Shown in pieces: positions 58,906 through 64,000 of a stretch of DNA of 64,000 nucleotides. The DNA comes from Patescibacteria group bacterium. Lineage in GTDB: Bacteria; Patescibacteriota; Patescibacteriia; Magasanikbacterales; UBA922. A program made the position numbers and the translations under genes. The stretch lies in assembly GCA_041651535.1 (NCBI GenBank), contig JBAZIZ010000001.1:6011-70010 (forward strand). The letters run 5' to 3'. The notes beneath the pieces were generated by a model. The model did not search any database, was not told the origin of the DNA, and saw nothing but the letters and a program-made list of their open reading frames with translations. Position 1 is the stretch's first letter; each line of letters begins with the position of its first letter.

Positions 58906-58933
58906 ATGTCGCACAATATATCTTATACGACAT
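58906..58933. other. dif-like (Xer) recombination site
   Basis: ATGTCGCACAA-TATATC-TTATACGACAT: 11-6-11 architecture, arms 9/11 inverted, at a convergent strand switch. Confidence 0.65.
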
Positions 58934-59140
58934 TATATATAATAAGACAGCACAGCTTTTTAACCTTTTATTCATTAAACCACTTTTCATAAACTCTGTT
59001 TGTATTTTGCTTTTAATTTAATTTTGTTTTTTTAAATTTAGCTTTGACTTCTTCTGTATAACTTCTTAATTTTATAGTTGTTATCTTAAATTAAAATAAA
59101 ATCCTTTGATTCTCTCAGTATAACTTATCTAGTATAATTC

Positions 59141-59159
59141 TATATATTTTGCGACACAA
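59141..59159 (+). repeat. dif-like half-site copy 1
   Basis: tatatattttgcgacacaa. Confidence 0.55.
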
Positions 59160-59447
59160 CAAAAAATGAGTTCAAAAAAAAAGAGGTAAACTAATACATC
59201 TTTTTTATTAAATTTTTCTTATAAAACAAATAGAAGCTAACTAATATTATATTATTATTGAATAAAAGCTGGCACTTTTATTGTTTTAAGTTTAATTATC
59301 GGAGTAAAAATAAAATTTGTTTTTTAAAATTAATATTATTAAAAGAACATTTTGATTAGTTATAATATATTTTTAAATCTATATTAATTATCTTATATTT
59401 TGTAATATTTTTGTTTCCCTACTCTATCAATTTCAAAAAATAATCTC

Positions 59448-59466
59448 TATATATTGTGCGACACAA
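59448..59466 (+). repeat. dif-like half-site copy 2
   Basis: tatatattgtgcgacacaa; 15/17 to the reverse complement of 58906-58922. Confidence 0.6.
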
Positions 59467-59510
59467 ATTATTTTAAATAAAAAATATTTTAAAAAAGTTT
59501 TAGAAAGTAC

Positions 59511-59538
59511 TTGACAAAAATACTTTTTCTGTTATAAT
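59511..59538 (+). promoter_or_regulatory. Consensus sigma70 promoter
   Basis: TTGACA-N16-TATAAT with TG extension and an A/T-rich UP region. Confidence 0.85.
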
Positions 59539-59544
59539 ACAAGC

Positions 59545-59665
59545 ACTAATACACGTCCAGTCACTCTCAGTTCTTTTTGTCCCATTCTGGGACAGGATGC
59601 GTGGGTTTCTATCCCCACTCCAGACCGGGAATCAGCAATTGCAAAGTTGATTCCCGTCTTTTTTT
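59545..59665 (+). ncRNA. Candidate ~120-nt structured small RNA
   Basis: GC-rich island between a perfect promoter and a terminator; hairpins tgtccc/gggaca and gtggg/cccac; no long ORF. Confidence 0.6.
59623..59665 (+). terminator. Intrinsic terminator
   Basis: gaccgggaatcagc..gttgattcccgtc followed by T7. Confidence 0.85.
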
Positions 59666-59684
59666 ATATAAAAAAATTGGTTTT

Positions 59685-60911
59685 TTACCAATCTTTTATT
59701 AAATAGTCTAAAGGATTTACTGGAATTCCATTTATTCTGACTTCAAAATGTAAATGGGGTCCAGTTGTGAAAGGCCCAGCCCCAATAGTTCCTGGTGTAG
59801 CTCCTGAATAACCAATTATATCTCCTCTGGTGACAAACTGACCTTCAGATACAGATATTTTGCTTAAATGACCATAAACTGTGGACATACCACTAGAATG
59901 AATTATCATGACATATGCATAACAGCTAGCAGTAGAACAAAAATTTGCTCTTCCAATATAACCTGATTTTGTCGCTCTGACAGCTGTTCCTTGTGCAGCT
60001 CGAATATCAACTGCATTATGTTCAAAAACATTACGATAAGGATAATTTTTATCATAAAAATAAGCTGTTATATAGCGACTATCAGTTGGCCAAGAAAGTT
60101 TTGATTCATCTTCAATACCAGAAAATTTATTTTGAGCTTCTAGCATTTTTCTTACTTTTTGTTCTATACTAGTAATTTCATTTTCAATTTGTTGATATTG
60201 AGATTTTAAATTTTTCAACATTGTTTGATAAGTTGCTTCTGAGGCTCTTGTCTGTGAAAGTAAATTAACTTTATATTTATTTTGTTCAGCTAAATCTATT
60301 TTTTGATTTTCTAATTTTGTCTTTTCTTCATTATAAGCTTTTCTTTTATTTTCTTCTTCTTTTTTATTTTCTTCTAAATTTTCTTTTGCTAATCTAATTG
60401 TTTTGGCACTTTGTGCCATGTCAGTTTCTATATTTTGAATATATTGCACTCGATTATAAAAATCAGAAAAATTATCATAAGCAGTTAGGATCTCAATAAA
60501 TTTTTTATTATTTTCATAATATAAAGTTCTAATAAGTTCTGCTAAAATTTGTTTTTGTTGTGAAATCAATGTTTCTTTTTGGTTTATTTCCAAATCTAAT
60601 TCTTGAATTTCTAATTCAGTTTTGGAAATAGTTATTTCAGTTTTTTCTATTTCATTTTCAAGTAATGTCATTCTGGTTTCTAAAATTGAAATTTGATTGT
60701 TTAAAGATACTGTTTGAGCTTGAGTAGATTCAATTTTCTTTTTATAAGTTTCAATGGATTTTTCTAACTCTTCTATTTTTGTTTTTTTATCAGTAATTTG
60801 TTTATTTAATTCATCTACCGTCTCCCCTTTTACTACTTTATAAACAGCAAAAAAACCTAAAAATAAAATAAAAATTAAAAAAAATATTTTGTATTTTTGA
60901 GAAAAAGACAT
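59685..60911 (-). CDS. Coiled-coil M23 peptidase (EnvC/CwlO-like)
   Basis: Signal/TM, long coiled coil, HNAVD, YGHLS, TGPHLHFEV. Confidence 0.92.
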   Translation of the reverse strand: MSFSQKYKIFFLIFILFLGFFAVYKVVKGETVDELNKQITDKKTKIEELEKSIETYKKKIESTQAQTVSLNNQISILETRMTLLENEIEKTEITISKTELEIQELDLEINQKETLISQQKQILAELIRTLYYENNKKFIEILTAYDNFSDFYNRVQYIQNIETDMAQSAKTIRLAKENLEENKKEEENKRKAYNEEKTKLENQKIDLAEQNKYKVNLLSQTRASEATYQTMLKNLKSQYQQIENEITSIEQKVRKMLEAQNKFSGIEDESKLSWPTDSRYITAYFYDKNYPYRNVFEHNAVDIRAAQGTAVRATKSGYIGRANFCSTASCYAYVMIIHSSGMSTVYGHLSKISVSEGQFVTRGDIIGYSGATPGTIGAGPFTTGPHLHFEVRINGIPVNPLDYLIKDW

Positions 60912-60956
60912 AATTAAAAATAGTTTAATATATTATAACATATTTTTAAATAAAAT

Positions 60957-60986
60957 AAAAAAACCACTCGTTTTACTCCTGAGTGG
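60957..60986 (-). terminator. Terminator after 46-aa ORF
   Basis: Minus strand ccactc..gagtgg followed by a T tract. Confidence 0.55.
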
Positions 60987-60996
60987 CCAAAAGGGT

Positions 60997-61137
60997 TTAT
61001 TGGCAGATTCCCGCCGGGACTTCTCCATCCGGCAAGGAATAGATTGCGTCTTTAATTTCTTTAAATTCTTCAGCGGACGTCTGTCCGCTGATTATCTGAA
61101 TCGTTCCTGATTCAGATAAAAATGCCTTCAGTACCAT
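60997..61137 (-). CDS. 46-aa orphan protein not in ORF track (MVLKAFLSESGTIQIISGQTSAEEFKEIKDAIYSLPDGEVPAGICQ)
   Basis: AGGAGG SD 6 nt upstream of ATG; own promoter and terminator. Confidence 0.55.
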   Translation of the reverse strand: MVLKAFLSESGTIQIISGQTSAEEFKEIKDAIYSLPDGEVPAGICQ

Positions 61138-61164
61138 TTTTTCCTCCTAAAACGAGCTGACAAA

Positions 61165-61193
61165 ATAATATCATAAAATTGACTTTTTGTCAA
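61165..61193 (-). promoter_or_regulatory. Sigma70-type promoter of the 46-aa ORF
   Basis: TTGACA-N17-TATTAT with extended TG. Confidence 0.75.
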
Positions 61194-61197
61194 CCAA

Positions 61198-61226
61198 AAA
61201 CAAATCCTAATGTTAAGGATTTGTTT
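61198..61226 (-). terminator. Terminator after gltX
   Basis: aaacaaatcct aatgtta aggatttgttt, T tract on the minus strand. Confidence 0.7.
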
Positions 61227-61242
61227 AAATATAGCAATTATT

Positions 61243-62718
61243 TTATTTTTTTAAGGCTAAATTAATTCTTTTTATTGTTTCTTCTTTTTTTAAAATAGCC
61301 ATAATTTCAAAAGGTCCTGGAGAATTTTTTTGTCCAGAAATAGCAATACGCAGTGGCCATAAAATATCTCCGACACCAAAATTATTTTTTTCTATAAACA
61401 CAAAAACCATTTTTTCTAAAATTTCTTTTTCCCATTCTTCATTAGATATCTCTTGTAAAAAATTAGAAATAATTTTTAATTTATTTTTTGTTTCATCCAA
61501 ATCAGTTTTTTTCCAAATCAATAATTCCTTTTCATAATCAGGTAATTCAAAAATAAATTTTACTGCTTCTGGAATAGTTGATAGAATTTTTGCTCTATCT
61601 TTTTCTAAAGCAATAATTTGAGCTATTTGTTCTTTATCTTTAATTTCATATTTTGACCACCAATCAGTTTTTTCAAAAAAAGGTAATGTTAATTCTGTTA
61701 ATTTGTTTAAAGACATTTTTTTTATATATTGTCCATTTAACCAATCAAGTTTTTCTAAATTAAACACTGCTCCTGATTTATTAACTTTTTTAAAATCAAA
61801 TGATTTTATCAATTCTTCTAAACTAAAAATTTCTTGATCGGTTCCAGGATTCCAACCTAAAAATGCAGCAAAATTAATCAATGCTTCTGGTAAATAACCT
61901 TTTTTTGTATAATCTTCAACTGCTACATCACCTTGTCTTTTGCTCAATTTTGATTTATCTGGGTTTAGTAGTAAAGGTAGATGAGCAAATTGTGGTAACT
62001 CCCAATTAAACATTTTGTACAATGTAATATGTTTTGGAACTGAAGAAAGCCATTCTTCACCACGAATAACATGAGTAATTCCCATTAGATGATCATCAAC
62101 AACAACTGCTAAATGATAAGTTGGAAAACCATCCTCTTTTAAAATCACTTGATCATCACTGATTTCATTTTTGAACACAATTTGTCCTCGGACTAAATCT
62201 TCTAAAATAGTTTCTCCTGTTTTTGGCATTTTCATTCTAACGACATATTTCTCTCCTTGTGCAATTCTTTTTTTAGCTTCTTCAATATTTAAATTACGAC
62301 AATGTCCATCATAACCAGTTGGTTTTTTATTTAATTCTTGTTCTTTTCTTAATTCTTCCAATCTATTTTTATCACAAAAACAATAATAAGCATCGCCTTG
62401 ATTAATCAATTGATCAATATATTTATGATAAATTTCAAGTCTTTCTGATTGAATATAAGGACCACAATCGCCTTTTTGATTTATCTTTCCTTGATTATCA
62501 AAAACAACTCCCTCATCGATTTCTAATCCAGCCCAATTTAAAGATTTTAAAATATTTTCTATTCCATCTTGAACAAGTCTGTTTCTGTCCGTGTCTTCTA
62601 TTCTTAAAACAAAAGAACCATTGTTTTGTTTAGCAAGTAAATAATCAAATAAAGCAGTTCGTAATCCGCCAACATGTAAATACCCAGTTGGACTTGGTGC
62701 AAAGCGAGTTTTAATCAT
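61243..62718 (-). CDS. gltX: Glutamate--tRNA ligase
   Basis: RFAPSPTGYLHVGG, RIEDTD, PTYH..VVDD, KLSKR. Confidence 0.97.
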   Translation of the reverse strand: MIKTRFAPSPTGYLHVGGLRTALFDYLLAKQNNGSFVLRIEDTDRNRLVQDGIENILKSLNWAGLEIDEGVVFDNQGKINQKGDCGPYIQSERLEIYHKYIDQLINQGDAYYCFCDKNRLEELRKEQELNKKPTGYDGHCRNLNIEEAKKRIAQGEKYVVRMKMPKTGETILEDLVRGQIVFKNEISDDQVILKEDGFPTYHLAVVVDDHLMGITHVIRGEEWLSSVPKHITLYKMFNWELPQFAHLPLLLNPDKSKLSKRQGDVAVEDYTKKGYLPEALINFAAFLGWNPGTDQEIFSLEELIKSFDFKKVNKSGAVFNLEKLDWLNGQYIKKMSLNKLTELTLPFFEKTDWWSKYEIKDKEQIAQIIALEKDRAKILSTIPEAVKFIFELPDYEKELLIWKKTDLDETKNKLKIISNFLQEISNEEWEKEILEKMVFVFIEKNNFGVGDILWPLRIAISGQKNSPGPFEIMAILKKEETIKRINLALKK

Positions 62719-62722
62719 AAAA

Positions 62723-63487
62723 CTATTTTTTTATTTTATACATAACTATTCCAGCAGAAATGGCTAAATTTAAAGATTCTGCTTGTCCATAACCTTTGAT
62801 AGTATATCTTTTGTCGACAAATTTTTCAAGTTCAGCAGCTAAACCATGTGATTCATTACCAAATAAAAATATATTTTTATCTTTAAAAGACATTTTTTCT
62901 ATTGACTCGCCATTTAAATCTAAGGAATTTATGACAAAATTTTCTTTTTTAAATTTTTCCAAAGTTCTTTTAAAATCATTAACACGCAAAATATCTACAT
63001 GAAAAATAGACCCCATTGTACTTCTAACGACTTTTGAATTATATAAATCTACGCTGTTTTCACTTAAAATTATTTTTTTTATTCCAAACCAATCAGCCGT
63101 TCTGATTATAGTTCCTAAATTTCCCGGATCATTTACAGCATCCAAAGCAATAATATTTTTTTCTTTTAAAAAATCTTCTATAAAAAATTCTTTTTGTACA
63201 ACTACAGATAAAACACCTGGAAAAGTTTCTGTGTCAGAAATTTTTTCTAAATCTTTTCTGTCAGCATATTCAACAATTATCCCTTTTTTTTCTGCAGTTA
63301 AAATAATTTTTTTGATTTCATTTTCATCTCTTCTTTTTCCTTCAATTAAAATTAAAGCAATATCAAAATCAGATTTTAAAGCTTCGGCTGTTCCTTTTAT
63401 TCCTTCTACAATAAATTCGCCAAAATCTTTACGAAATTTTTTTTGTTCTAATTTTTGTAAATGTTTTTTAATTTTTTCTGCTAACAT
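62723..63487 (-). CDS. TrmH/SpoU family RNA methyltransferase
   Basis: DPGNLGTIIRTA, RSTMG, GNESHG, ESLNLA. Confidence 0.93.
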   Translation of the reverse strand: MLAEKIKKHLQKLEQKKFRKDFGEFIVEGIKGTAEALKSDFDIALILIEGKRRDENEIKKIILTAEKKGIIVEYADRKDLEKISDTETFPGVLSVVVQKEFFIEDFLKEKNIIALDAVNDPGNLGTIIRTADWFGIKKIILSENSVDLYNSKVVRSTMGSIFHVDILRVNDFKRTLEKFKKENFVINSLDLNGESIEKMSFKDKNIFLFGNESHGLAAELEKFVDKRYTIKGYGQAESLNLAISAGIVMYKIKK

Positions 63488-63491
63488 AAAA

Positions 63492-64000
63492 TTATTTTTT
63501 ATTTTTAAAAATTAAATAAGGAAAAATAAATACAGCTTTAAAAATTCTCAATACTCTTTTCTTTGGTTCTGATAATAATCTAAAAAACCATTCTAAACCG
63601 ATTTTTCTCATCCAAACTGGTGCTCTTTTTGTTTTATCAGCTAAATAATCAAAGCTACCGCCAACACCCATTGCTATTTTTACACTTGGCAGATCACGTA
63701 AAAATTCATTTATCCATTTTTCTTGTTTTTTGTGTCCAAAAGCTACAAAAATAATTTGTGGTTTTGTCATTACTATTTCCCCTATTAATTCATCATTTTC
63801 TTGTTTATTAAAGCTAAGTTTTTCTTTATTTTCTATTAAAATTTTATTTATTTCTAAACCTTTGTTTAAACCAGCAATTTTTAAATTTGGGTATATTTTT
63901 ATTAAATTATTTTTTAAGTGTTCAAGTGTTTGTTTATCTCCAGAACCTAAAAAAAATACAGAGTAATTATTTTGTTCAGCTAATTTTAATATATCTGTCA
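63492..64000 (-). CDS. WecB/TagA/CpsF glycosyltransferase, 5'-truncated
   Basis: Frame open to the window edge (VFFLG..YPNLKIAG); VAFGHKKQEKW, MGVGGSFD, RAP, GLEW.FRL..EP. Confidence 0.9.
   Translation of the reverse strand, partial: TDILKLAEQNNYSVFFLGSGDKQTLEHLKNNLIKIYPNLKIAGLNKGLEINKILIENKEKLSFNKQENDELIGEIVMTKPQIIFVAFGHKKQEKWINEFLRDLPSVKIAMGVGGSFDYLADKTKRAPVWMRKIGLEWFFRLLSEPKKRVLRIFKAVFIFPYLIFKNKK

Noticed and set aside
59443-59460. NrdR box reading of ctctatatattgtg
   Set aside because: It fits the core consensus, but there is no nrd gene or tandem box nearby, and the conserved GCGACA extension matches the 28-bp palindrome better; not fully excluded
58834-59510. Replication origin
   Set aside because: Flanking genes converge rather than diverge; no cluster of TTATCCACA boxes and no dnaA/dnaN nearby
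59545-59665. tRNA, 5S rRNA or SRP RNA
   Set aside because: No cloverleaf or TTCG T-loop, no 5S conserved motifs, no SRP GNRA/AGCAG domain IV
408-63966. Numerous short antisense or overlapping ORFs in the track (for example 408-602, 3764-4156, 12850-13269, 20314-20757, 51667-52041, 63231-63515)
   Set aside because: They are shadows of well-supported genes on the opposite strand, with low-complexity F/L/I/S composition and no motifs
1-64000. CRISPR array, IS transposase, integrase or prophage
   Set aside because: No regularly spaced 25-45 bp repeats and no recognisable Cas, transposase, integrase or phage genes

Overview
Very AT-rich bacterial chromosomal segment that reads cleanly in the standard code (table 11). 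Gene content suggests a Patescibacteria (CPR, Parcubacteria/ABY1-like) genome: short AlaRS and ProRS, a PEGA protein, a DUF87/TraD-like ATPase, FemAB, and mostly SD-less genes. This taxonomy is inference. 1-20.2 kb is a surface-glycan locus: O-antigen-ligase/TPR, GT4/GT2 transferases, methyl- and acetyltransferases, Wzx, Ugd, an epimerase, GT-C, HIT/NUDIX and rmlB-cupin-rmlD. 21-58.8 kb holds housekeeping and envelope genes (UvrD-nuclease, DciA, proS, mreBCD-pbp2, a GT2 array, rmlA, murA, ctpA, era, rplI, pyrG, murG, mnmA, alaS, femAB, ftsQ-like). Gene orientation flips convergently at about 59 kb across a gene-free gap. That gap holds a palindromic 28-bp dif-like site, two extra half-sites and a promoter-to-terminator ~120-nt candidate ncRNA, so it is probably the replication terminus. 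Unexplained structure: (i) a four-helix-bundle gene bracketed by inverted heptamer arrays, with solo arrays after several stop codons; (ii) a 20-bp GC palindrome found both intergenically and inserted in-frame in a methyltransferase; (iii) a circularly permuted DsbA-like protein; (iv) several self-contained orphan micro-cassettes (consensus promoter, boxA-like motif, strong SD, terminator), two with complementary 5' and 3' UTRs. No rRNA, tRNA, CRISPR array, transposase or integrase was recognised.
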